Origin: Antedon mediterranea
Lineage: Eukaryota; Animalia; Echinodermata
Reading direction: 5' to 3'
NCBI RefSeq assembly: GCF_964355755.1
Contig: NC_092680.1
Coordinates: 18,237,045 to 18,301,044 of the forward strand
DNA length: 64,000 bases
Positions 1 to 13,000 of the stretch are shown here, piece after piece (positions within the stretch are counted from its first letter, which is position 1; every line of letters begins with the position of its first letter). The notes under the pieces are model-generated. The model was not told where the DNA came from. It saw only the letters and a program-made list of their open reading frames with translations, and did no database searches. The position numbers were made by a program, and so were the translations under genes.

Positions 1-262
1 TTTTTGCTGAGAACTTGGAATCAGCATATTAGCAACTATTAAGCTCTATGTGCATGGTATGAGTTATTTTGCGGACAATTTCATACTACATATTCAGTTA
101 GCATTCAAATATGCACTCAAATATGCACGAGGCAGTAGAATTTCTGTTTTAGAGGAAACCTCTATTAAGGGGACAATTCCTGTCAAACGAACGAAGAGAA
201 ATTTCAACCACTAATCAGAGGACACTTAGGTCCTGAAAGTGTACTCTGATTAGTGCTGCTAT

Positions 263-268
263 TTTATT
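263..268 (-). terminator. Possible THOC1 polyadenylation signal AATAAA
   Basis: AATAAA on minus strand about 500 nt after the stop, with ATTAAA just upstream; motif is common in AT-rich DNA. Confidence 0.3.
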
Positions 269-763
269 ATATTTAATGACGATGACAGTGTCATCACTTC
301 TGTACTTATAGACTTATTAGGATTACTGCTTTATCTCATCTATTTGCTGATCAGCATTGCCCATTTCAATTATTAAACAAGCCCAATTAGACTTGTAAGC
401 ATAATCATGATAATTCAGATACCGTATATGAGGAAAAAATTTAAAAGCATTTACAAAACCATATAAAAATTACATTACAGGTTTGGATAGAATTAATTAC
501 TTTTTTACTTTTTCAAGGGTGCTGTGAGTCATAACTAAAAACATTCACAGGGGTCTGTGCTTGGTTTTCTCTGTGGTAAAATAAATCCTTTAGCCTTTAG
601 AATAATGACGATGAATTATTATAGGTTCAATTTGTTTGTGTGGTCTTTAAAACCACAGTATATAGACTCCACCTAAATAAAACCTTTTCTATGGTCCTGA
701 TTGTATGATATAACCATTTTCAATTACCATTCAGGGAAACCCACGTCACAAAATCTTCAAATA

Positions 764-1035
764 TCAGGATTCACTGAAGACAGACTCCACAATGTCGACC
801 AGACCACTTTCCTGGAGAGCTTTCACCAGAGTATCTTTTGTTGCAGATTCTCCTTCTCTTTCTTGCCAGAGATGCAGCAGCTGTCGTGCCTGCTCTTTTG
901 CCTCCGAGTGTTCTGTCTGCAGGTTTGTGATGTCATCGTCGCTCAAGAACAACTCACTAGCCAATGTCTTCCAGTTTTCGCCAACTTTATTGACCACCGC
1001 CTCTAATTGGTCATCAGTCAAAACATCACTTTTCT
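764..1035 (-). CDS. THOC1: THOC1 exon 18, death domain, stop TGA
   Basis: ORF 764..1021: GENWKTLA...[25 protein letters not shown] death-domain pattern; ttttttag acceptor at 1036. Confidence 0.96.
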
Positions 1036-4000
1036 CTAAAAAAGTAATAGATTTTATTACAATTAAAATTTAAAAACTTGTATATCTATTTAAAGAATTT
1101 TTATTATTAAAACTTTGGTCTTTGGCTTTAACTGTAGATACTATACACTACCATTAGAAATGTCTAATAATTATAATTACTACAAAAACATACAATAACA
1201 AAAGAAAAGAAATGGAAATGTACATGTTCCATTTGTCTGAAATAAAGTTGAATTGAAATATAGAATTTATACCCTTAAATATTAATGATATAACATTATT
1301 ATAACACACACATGTCATGAATTATTATTTGATAACAATTGGGGTATTTAATGCTCAGCTTTTGGTACAACATTTATAGAAATTTGTTTGACATGGTTGT
1401 GTGGTGAACAATTCAGGATCGAAATCTATAGTACAATGTATGCCATTTACTACTATTCTACTATATTATTCTATTAGTATATATTGTATTTATATAGTGC
1501 AAAATAAACTAAAGATATATTGTCGCCCTGAATAAAAATTGTTTTTAATTTTTTGTTGAAAAATCATTTTAATGTCACATTAATATAGTTATTCACTTTG
1601 ACCAAATATTGGATCACTTAAAACATTTAGTTATCTGAAAAAATGTATTAAAAACAAAAAAATACTTAAATTGTATGTCAGACAATGGTTTTTGGTTAAA
1701 ATTAACCGTTTATTTTGTCTTTTAAAGTGTAATCCTTGTTTTTGTTCATTTTTTTTCTATAGTAGAAATAAATAACTGCAAAATGATGGCCTATTCAAAG
1801 GCTGATTTTATAATTTTCATATTTCATATTTTTGGGGGCCAAACTATCTCTAAGCATTTTTTTAATGCACCAATCTTTTATAACATTAATACATTACCTT
1901 CTTCACCACCTTGGAGAAGATCATCCGTTTCTGCAAATCCTTCACCAGTCTTAATCTCTTCTGATGAGGACAACGTTTGCTGTAAAATTAAATTTTAACG
2001 ATGGAAAATAAATCAATACACATCTAGAGATTTGTTCACAAACTTTATTTTCAATGTGTAAATAAATGTTTTCATATTTTGTTAAAACATATATACATAT
2101 AAATCTGAGAATTATAATAAAAGTGGGAAGACCCCACACAAGACAAAAAAAAAAAACATGTATACATCACTACAATTGAAATATACATTTTTAAAGCTTT
2201 GTCTTTACTATCAAACTAGTCTGACAAAAAAAAGTATGATATGCCCAAATACGGTAGTGATATGCTTAAATATGGTATGATATGACATCATCATGTCCAT
2301 ATTTGGGCACGTCAAAAATTTGTCACATAAAGTTTGATAGTGTAGACAGTGCTTTACAACCGACATGATCATGTGATTAAAACAATACACATCTTATAAA
2401 ATCTACAAACAAACTTACTGGCATTTCTTTGGCAATTTTTGTTAGAATCCACTCTAAATACTGTGATAGTTTTTTGATTGGTGGTTCAGCGATGACCGGT
2501 TGAAAGAAATGGGGTGACTTTCTGGCAAGTATACGAACAGCCTGCCAGGCAAAGTTACTCTCATTCACAACCCTTACGAGTTAAAAAAAAAGGGAAAATC
2601 ATGAAAAAATAGATATTAATATCAATCCATTAGGACAAAAACTCTTTGAATAAAAATAGGACAAAGCGACCTATTTGTATATAGCTTTCGTAAATTTCAT
2701 TTTACACCTAACCCCTTCTACTCTTCTTTTAGATTTCGACAAACATTTAATTTATCGACCCACCCGTACTGTGAACATTTGCCTTGTAACCCCACCCCCC
2801 CCCCCCTTAAACTTTAAATAAACCAAAAACACACTTAAAGGAAATAAGGCTTTTTTTTTGGCTGTTTGACAAAAGGTGTAGAGAGCTTTACGAAACATTT
2901 CCGTTAGATGTATGAACAAAGGTAATATGCACTTTAGAACTGATCCCATTTTTCATTGACCTTTCTAAAGTTCAGCACAAATCCAGCAGATAACTTAATT
3001 TTCAATTATATCGATAAAACTACACATTATGCTTTTATAATACAAAACCGTTACAAACAATAAGGTATTGGCACTGTTTGGTCATGAGTATACTCTTGGT
3101 ATAGAGCCAGATGATTTGAACCTGGCTATGATAAACAACCACCAAACTACAGGTCTAATAATAAATATTGAGACATACATCCGGATACATTATCAAATAA
3201 CCACCCAAATGTTAATACATTAAAGTCTTGCAGAACCAATGATGTTACTGGTAAGCAATCACCAAAATGCTGCAGTGAACCACATTAAATATTAGACTAC
3301 CATTTTAAACCACAATAATTATAAAAACAGAGACTTGAGCTCTGTCTACACTATCAAACTAGTTTGCCAAAAAAAAGTGCCCAAATATGGTAGTGATATG
3401 ACATCATCATGTCCATGGGCAAATAATTGTATTTGTCACATAAAGTTTGACAGAGCTTTACAAATTTTATTATGCATTCCTTTCAATAAGAATCAGTACA
3501 TTTTTGGGGTTTTTTTAGCACAGGGGCGGATCCAGGGGGTTACGCTTAAAAATGTGCGATCTGTGTGAAAACACCTTCTCAACCGTGACGAGTTGTAAAC
3601 AATCCTAATTAGCATCATGCATAATGCATACTCGTGGTTTGAAATCGCTGTTTACTTTCGCTCGCGACGATTTTCCAGACGAAATGTAATCAAATAAATT
3701 TACCTGTTAATGACGTAAACTTGTTGTTTTTGGCTCGAATTTTCGACTTAAAGTGACTAATTTTAATATTACTTTGATGTGGCCAATTTAAATTTAGAAT
3801 ATTTGAACCTTTATTTTGTGTGTTTCAAGGCTTGTTCTCCCCTCTTTTGACATCTTATATGGATATCAATTTCTGTTTGAGATCTATACTTGACAGAATA
3901 TTAATGTGTATTATATGCATCCTCAATACATTTTACTTTCTATGGTTGACTTATGGTCATACAACAATATATATTGAACAATGTGGAGACCTGCAGTGGT

Positions 4001-7000
4001 AATAGTATCATTCCTGTAATTGAGAGAAAGCAAAGCCCTATTTCTTACTTGTACTCATCTTCTATCATTGCCTCTGGGTCGGCCTGCTCAATTGCTTCTT
4101 CAAAAAATTCTTCCATATTTGGTAAAAATATTCTAAAAATAAAAATGTTTTTTAAATTATTTAAAAACTAAATCACAGAAAATATATTATTATTATTATT
4201 GAAAAAGAATTACATAAAGACTTATTTATTCATTATTGTACAGTATTTCATACTTGGCAAACATATTTACATATCTCAAATTTTTTTAAAACAATGCATT
4301 GCACTTAATAATGGTTAAATATTGAACTTTGTTTTTGTAACATCAAACAGTAACAAAATTAGGTTACATTTCTAGCGACAGAAAAGGTGGGTAAGTCCAG
4401 TAGGGTAAGAAGCTGTTAGGAGCTCATTGTACTAAGCCATGGCATTATGTGCTAGGGTAGCCAGTTCTTTTCCACACCGCCTTATTCTCTCTAACTATTT
4501 TCGACCAGGTACGCATTTACAGCTGAGTAGACTGGGAATTGTAAGGAATTGAACCCAGGTCTCTCTGTATGAGAGTATCTTAACCACTTGGCTACTCAAC
4601 TCCTTGTGACAGTAATACTACAAAAAAAAACATAAAATACATCTATTCTAAATAGTAGAGGACATTCAAAAAATTGGGCTGCCCAGTATTGACTATCATT
4701 TTAGGAGAGTTGAGTGTATATTTTACCTGCTTTCTGATCTACAGGCTTCCATGTTATCAGGACAGATGTTCCACAGCTTGGTAAGTTCAGGACTTCCCAT
4801 GTCTCGTCTCTTAAACATGTCATCTCCTGTAAGTTCCTCACGAATACTTCTTTTTCTGGATCTGAAAATTATATTTTTATTTTAGTGATTATTTGTAGAT
4901 TCTGTAAGATGAGATGAGACTTATAAAAGTGAAGTAAGACTTATAAAGTGAAGACTTATAAAGTGAGGTAAGACTCATAAAGTGAAGTAAGACTCATAAA
5001 GTGAAGTAAGACTCATAAAGTGAAGTAAGACTCATAAAGTGAAGTAAGACTCATAAAGTGAAGTAAGACTCATAAAGTGAAGTAAGACTCATAAAGTGAA
5101 GTAAGACTCATAAAGTGAAGTAAGACTCATAAAGTGAAGTAAGACTCATAAAGTGAAGTAAGACTCATAAAGTGAAGTAAGACTCATAAAGTGAAGTAAG
5201 ACTCATAAAGTGAAGTAAGACTCATAAAGTGAAGTAAGACTCTTAAAGTGAAGTAAGACTTTTAAAGTGAAGTAAGACTTTTAAAGTGAAGTAAGACTCA
5301 TAAAGTGAAGTAAGACTCTTAAAGTGAAGTAAGACTCATAAAGTGAAGTAAGACTCATAAAGTGAAGTAAGACTCATAAAGTGAAGTAAGACTCATAAAG
5401 TGAAGTAAGACTCATAAAGTGAAGTAAGACTCATAAAGTGAAGTAAGACTCATAAAGTGAAGTAAGACTCATAAAGTGAAGTAAGACTCATAAAGTGAAG
5501 TAAGACTCATAAAGTGAAGTAAGACTCATAAAGTGAAGTAAGACTCATAAAGTGAAGTAAGACTCATAAAGTGAAGTAAGACTCATAAAGTGAAGTAAGA
5601 CTCATAAAGTGAAGTAAGACTCATAAAGTGAAGTAAGACTCATAAAGTGAAGTAAGACTCATAAAGTGAAGTAAGACTCATAAAGTGAAGTAAGACTCAT
5701 AAAGTGAAGTAAGACTCATAAAGTGAAGTAAGACTCATAAAGTGAAGTAAGACTAATAAAGTGAAGTAAGACTAATAAAGTGAAGTAAGACTCATAAAGT
5801 GAAGTAAGACTCATAAAGTGAAGTAAGACTCATAAAGTGAAGTAAGACTCATAAAGTGAAGTAAGACTCATAAAGTGAAGTAAGACTCATAAAGTGAAGT
5901 AAGACTCATAAAGTGAAGTAAGACTCATAAAGTGAAGTAAGACTCATAAAGTGAAGTAAGACTCATAAAGTGAAGTAAGACTCATAAAGTGAAGTAAGAC
6001 TCATAAAGTGAAGTAAGACTCATAAAGTGAAGTAAGACTCATAAAGTGAAGTAAGACTCATAAAGTGAAGTAAGACTCATAAAGTGAAGTAAGACTCATA
6101 AAGTGAAGTAAGACTCATAAAGTGAAGTAAGACTCATAAAGTGAAGTAAGACTCATAAAGTGAAGTAAGACTTATAAAGTGAAGTAAGACTTATAAAGTG
6201 AAGTAAGACTTATAAAGTGAAGTAAGACTTCTAAAGTGAAGTAAGACTTCTAAAGTGAAGTAAGACTTCTAAAGTGAAGTAAGACTCATAAAGTGAAGTA
6301 AGACTCATAAAGTGAAGTAAGACTTCTAAAGTGAAGTAAGACTTCTAAAGTGAAGTAAGACTTCTAAAGTGAAGTAAGACTTCTAAAGTGAAGTAAGACT
6401 TCTAAAGTGAAGTAAGACTTTTAAAGTGAAGTAAGACTTTTAAAGTGAAGTAAGACTTTTAAAGTGAAGTAAGACTTATAAAGTGAAGTAAGACTCATAA
6501 AGTGAAGTAAGACTTCTAAAGTGAAGTAAGACTTCTAAAGTGAAGTAAGACTTCTAAAGTGAAGTAAGACTTCTAAAGTGAAGTAAGACTTATAAAATGA
6601 AGTAAGACTTATAAAGTGAAGTAAGACTTATAAAGTGAGGTAAGACTTATAAAGTGAAGTAAGACTTATAAAGTGAAGTAAGACTTATAAAGTGAAGTAA
6701 GACTTATAAAGTGAAGTAAGACTTATAAAGTGAAGTAAGACTTATAAAGTGAAGTAAGACTTATAAAGTGAAGTAAGACTTATAAAGTGAAGTAAGACTT
6801 ATAAAGTGAAGTAAGACTTATAAAGTGAAGTAAGACTTATAAAGTGAAGTAAGACTCATACAGTGAAGTAAGACTCATACAGTGAAGTAAGACTTATAAA
6901 GTAAGGTGAGACTTATAAAGTAAGGTGAGACATATTAATTGTAATAAAGAACTTCACTAAATTAATAATAAAACTTACCTTGATCTTGTAGGTGCTGGCA

Positions 7001-10000
7001 CTTCTTCTCCAGCTTTTGGCCTGAGATTGAGGAAAAACAAAAAAATATGTATGTAATTATGACATCATCATGTCCATATATGGGCACATCACATTTTTTG
7101 ACACATAAAGTTTGATCGTGTAAACAGAGCTTTAGACATTTTAGTACATTACATCAGTAAGTAACAACATAAGCGTGGTTCCCACTGGCGACGCAACACA
7201 AGGACGTAACGCAACGCAAGTGCATTGACCAATCACAAACGATGGCTTATTCGCTTGTGATTGCTAACTGTCTATAACTTCGCTTGTCATTGGTTAAAAC
7301 GCTTGCGTTGCGTTTACGTCCTTGCGTTACGTTCTAGTGGGAACCAAGCTTTAGGAAATGGTCTTTTAAAACTTTTAAGGATATTCTAATATCTTAAAGA
7401 TAATTGTTTATTTTATTACCTTTCTAAAACAAAAGTTGGACATCCTTTATTTTTCCACTCATTCCAGTGTTCCTCACGACTTAAAATTTGCTGCAAGAAA
7501 AAACAAAAAGGTTTAAAAGGACTTAATAATTGATGATTTCAATTTTTAATAATTAAAAGTGAGTATACAAATGTATAGAAAACATATTCAATTTTCAATA
7601 AACAAGGCCAACAGCCATTAAGTCGCGTGCTACACAATGCATAGTGATACCGGACCGACAGACAAACAGACTGACAGACAGACAGACCGACAGACAGACG
7701 GACCGACCGACATAGTGAACTATACTGACCGAAATTACTGAACATGTTTAAAAATGTTAAAATGTTTAAAAACATTTATATTGTTTTAATTTACACGTGC
7801 GTAGCCTGTCACATTTGACGTGCTCGTATAACGTAATTTCGAGTTGAAAATTAAATCAAGAAAACAGAAATCGGGCAAAAAGTGTGCGCAATAACATTTA
7901 ACGCGCAGTGCGCGCGCAAAAATCTGCGCACTCATGGCAATTTTGTAAACGCTTAAAATTGCCTGAAACGTACTCTTATTTCATCGAAAATAAATTTTGA
8001 ACATTTTAAGCGCGCGTACGCATGCGTTACATGCGCTACGCACGTAATTGTATTGCCATATGATGATTTATGCCCTGAAATTTATGAGTACCAAATTTTA
8101 TTTAATTGTGATTCATGGTTGTTAAGATATGATTACAAACGTGATTTCGTTAAATCGTGCGTAGACCGCGTAATTTTTTATTGCGCACCGTGAAAACATA
8201 ACCACATCGATTCCTGGCCATAAGGAATATTCTGTGAAAAATTGACTTAGCTAGATTAAACTGATATCAAGATAAGGTCATAAAGCGACAAAACGCATAG
8301 TGATACCGGACCGACAGACAGACAGACCGACAGACAGACCGACAGACAGACAGACCGACCGACCGACTTAGTGAACTATAGAGTCGCTTCCACGCGACTA
8401 AAAATTATTAATGATGTTAATTTTGTTTATTTTGATTTCCATTCTTTTTGGATTTTTTTGTAAAATAAACAATACTATATATTCAATATTTATTTATTTA
8501 TTTGTTTAAATTTTAATCTAGTGGCCATGACTTACAGTTTTTCTCAACTAATTTGGTATCCTTCTGCACACTTTGTTTAATAACTAGTGTAACTTTGTTC
8601 TTTTATTGTAAATGTTATGTGTGCATGCAGAGAAACAATAGAAAAACAAACAATTAGTTTGTTTCAGTCTTATTGTAGTGATAAATTATTTGTTATTATA
8701 TAACACCTATATAAATTCCTGTCATTTGATTGGACGAATGTGGGTCACATGGCGTGCAATAGTACGCACTATTCAACGATCGTTAAATAGTACTTTTTGA
8801 AACATTTTTGTTTGTTATTTAGATGTTATATAAAACAAATAATGAATGTTTTGTATTCGTGTAATGGTACAAATAATGGCACTTGGTGAATGATGAAAGG
8901 TTATATCAACTCGGCTTTGCCTCGTTGATATAACCTTTCATCATTCACCTCGTGCCATTATTTGTACCATTGCACTCATAAACATTCATTATTTGTATAT
9001 TATTATATGAACTGTTTGTACTTTCAATCGGCAAATTCAAAATATAAATATAATTATATGGTTAAAGACATACAGCTTATAAACCTATTATTTTGACTTG
9101 TTAAACACACATTTTTCAAGTGCAAAAAGAAAATCGTTCAAGTGTGGCATTTCTGTTGGCAATATTATTGATGACAAACGACAGTTTCAGTATTAACCTA
9201 TCACTCATCAAGGCACTCAACAGTACAGTAGCGATCAATTAAAAAGTACAATATGTATTCAACTTAGTCTAACTATGAACCAATCAATCAAAGCTCAGTC
9301 TTTTAAGTATGTTGACTTTTATGTCTGAAATTGTACTAACAAATTTGGCCGGCATCTAATTGTTTTATTCCTCATGTTAAAATTTGCTTATTTACGAACA
9401 TGGTGGTTTAATTTTAAGTTCTCCTATTTAATTTTAAAAAGCAGTGTTGAATTTTTTAATTTTTGAGTTTTCATAAAAAGATTCAATTATGTTGTTCTTT
9501 TTCCTTAAGTTGTAACAAAAATAATTTATGATTTTACTATATAAAATAATTTGTCTTCAAATAACAAAAATGAAGTTATCATTTTTTTTGAATGAACGTT
9601 ACTGATCTTAATATACAATCCAAAAAATTCAAATGTTTATTTGATTGAGTTTTAAAGTGGGCAGAGTTTTGTGCAAATAATTATGATTAATAACTCTCGT
9701 TGACAAACTGAATAAAAAGCCACAGAGGCTTGAGGGGGTTGTGTGTACAATTATTTCCTGGGAAAGTGGTGACAAATATGATCAACCTATATTTCTATCA
9801 ACAAGTTATAAATAAAAAATGAAATCAAAGACTAATATTATTATTACGTGAAGATCACACACAGTTGAACAACCGTACTATAACCACTAGCTACAGTAAG
9901 TGACTTTTCCTGCACTTTACTAAGGTTAATATTCTTGAAAAAAAAATGTTTATAATTTAAAAACTATTGATGAGTCAAATAGTACAAGTTGGATTTCAAT

Positions 10001-13000
10001 AAATCGAAGGATAGAAACTAGGCTTTTAAAAAAAATGTATCTTCATTGAGATCGAGCCACTGCCCCAAAAGTAGTGTGATTATTTTAATAATTTACCTTT
10101 TTGATTTATATCTGTTTTGCTTTGAACAATGATGTTTGTCTTAAATGACGTTCCATCCTTTGATGAGTTCATTAGAAAATCTGTTTTTAGTTTAAAAAAT
10201 TGTGTAAACGCAAGTAGTTATTCTTTGATTATGGCCATTATTCGGCACGTTCTTACCTTGTTGCATTGACTTTATATATATATATATACATTTTTGTTTT
10301 TGTTCTTTGAGGTCTTAGATTAAGATTTTTTTTTCTCTCTTTTGCTATATTAGGTCATCATGGTATTCCGAAAGAAAAAGGTGAATGAAATGAATGAAAT
10401 ACCATGAAAGCCCCAGTGGCCTAATGGTTAGGAAATCTGCATATCAAGCAGAATCTCGGTTTTAGGGCGATTTGTTCTCAATCTCACAGATTTCCTCATC
10501 TTCATCGTTAAAAATAATTAATTAAATTTCAGACTATAGATAATAGTATTGAAAATAATGTAATTGAAAATACGTAATTGTGAGTATTATAATTATGATA
10601 TGTATGAAATGCCATATGTGACAAAATATTTATCTTTACTAATAACGGGCTAGAACCTACTCTAGATTAGACCAGAAAGAATCTCATTATATCCTGTGAA
10701 GTTCACTCACCTTTGGAGACTAATTAATGTGATACTTACTACCGGCCTACTTAAAGTACTTAGCTCACCTGTTATATTCTAAGAGTGCTACATTACACTA
10801 ACGGCAACAGCTTATTTAAGTGAAATGGATGCGATTCTACTATTTTGAAATCCACCGTATGCGCAACCAACTTTCGAAGCTGACAACGGGCTGGTTGGCT
10901 AGCCTAGGGCTATCTGAACTAGCAGATAACTAGTTGCCTATAAGCGAGGGTAAGTATGTAAACATTGATAATCATCCACGATGATGTTAATTTGATCAAC
11001 AAATGTTGTGTTCTCTCAATTCTGTCAATTGGAAGCAAGCAGCTAACAGAATTTCAAAAAGTTGACCAAATATAAACCTTTGGACAAATCTTTCTTACTG
11101 CGTCCAAATTGAGTGTCATCACCAGGCTTGACTTCTGTCACATACGATAGAATTGAAATTTGTCGTGTCTGGTGTTACTGTTAAGTAACCATATTTTTCT
11201 ATCCATGCACCCTTAATAATTTTGACACCCAATATGCAATAAATATTTTATTTTGACACAGAAACAAGAACTTTGTCTGTTTTATTTTTATACATATGAT
11301 CCTGCCTTTGCAGCACTAATTTTTTTCCTGCTATTTTGACACCCAACCTCCTATTTATTTATTTTATTTATTTACTCAAGATCCAACAGTGTAAAGAAAA
11401 ACACCAAAACAGGATCGCCATAAAATATACAATACATTGACATAAACAAGGAACAAACAGATTTATATATTATTAAAAATGACATTAAAAGCAGAAGTAT
11501 TACAACTAAAAATATTGATGTAAGGAAACATTTGAACTAGACTGTTACAGTATATGAATGAGCAACCCGACAAAAAATACAGTTTTTACATACATTAACA
11601 CAAGAAAACTGCACTTTTAAAAGATTAATACAAAGTTTACGCTTCTCTAGCTAAATTCTCTCTTTCTCCTTAATCTTACAGGTAAAAAAAATAAGATGCC
11701 ACCACAACATACAGAATTCCTACAGTGCTGTCAAATATTGTCAACAACTGTACAAAAAAGTACTGTGTAATTTGTTCATCCTTTCTAAAATTGTTTAACA
11801 CCCACCCCTACACTTCTCTAGCTACCATAACTGACTATTGAGGTGTATTCGAAATATCAACAAATACTGTCAATTGAGTACTGTAGTACTATACCAACAA
11901 AATATTATTATCGTAGCAAATGACGACGACAACAACAACAACTATAAAGTACAAGTTCAAACATTATACAGATTTTTTGTTATGCATGATAATTTCTCTT
12001 GGGAAACTCAAGACTTTTTTTTGGAAAACATAATGTTTTGGAATTATTCGTAAGTATTAGTAACCAATAGCTTTAAAAGTACAAATGCAACATTTTCAGT
12101 AGAAAGATTTATTTTTAGCTGTTATGTCCAACTTGCACTATTGATTGTACATGACATAAAAACATTAAAAGTACATTACAAGTTTCAGATATTATTAATG
12201 TTTCAAGCTGTCACTCGAGGAACATGATTTATAAAGGTCATAAGTTGTTCTTTCATTTCCAAATGATAATTAACGAATTAATTTTGTAATTCTGGTAAAT
12301 CGATACTAACCTTGATTTCCATAAACTTTTCTTACATTTGTGTAATCATTGAGCAAATACTAATGTTATTGAAGCAGAAGCATTAGAAAAATATTTATGT
12401 TTGTATTGTTTATGAATAAATAAATATACCTGACTTTTAATAATGAATATTCATGAGTTACAATTTAATCTGTGTACTACGATTGGTCAGACAAATTGGT
12501 TGAAAAATAAGCCCATGCATGCATCATCACTTCATGCACATTTATATTATATAGGGCTATTTTAGTGTTGATGTCAATGTTTAGATTTTATAATAAACAA
12601 TAAAATCTTTATATCTGTACCTTTTAATTTTAGATAACTGTAGCTTCTGCCTTAACTCATTGGAAATAATAATGCAGGTTGGGACAGGGTCACAGATCCT
12701 GAATTTATTTCACCCTGTTTTTAGACTTTACTGACCTTAATATCTAGCACCCCTCATTACATCCTCTCTATTCCTAAAATTTTTTTACCTTTTCCCACCC
12801 ATCACAAGCTTTTCCGACCTCATGTACTGTTTATAATTACACTTGTAGAAAAGTGCACCATAACAGGTGGCCTTTATATGAAATTTGAATAAAGTAGCAC
12901 ATGCGTCATATGCTATCACTGCAAAATGTTTTTTCTAATATATATCCTTGAGATCTAGCACCTGATATGCAAAAATAAATGTCTGGTTCGTGTCTTACGT

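Noticed and set aside
701-1073. Plus-strand ORFs 701..1006 and 792..1073
   Set aside because: Antisense shadows of THOC1 exon 18
9655-9918. Additional putative structured island
   Set aside because: Only 5-7-bp helices, mutually crossing, as expected by chance
10975-11210. MMP-like AWIEKYGYL peptide (minus) or L2-like VITRLDFC (plus)
   Set aside because: Short matches interrupted by stops; at most a very old LINE relic
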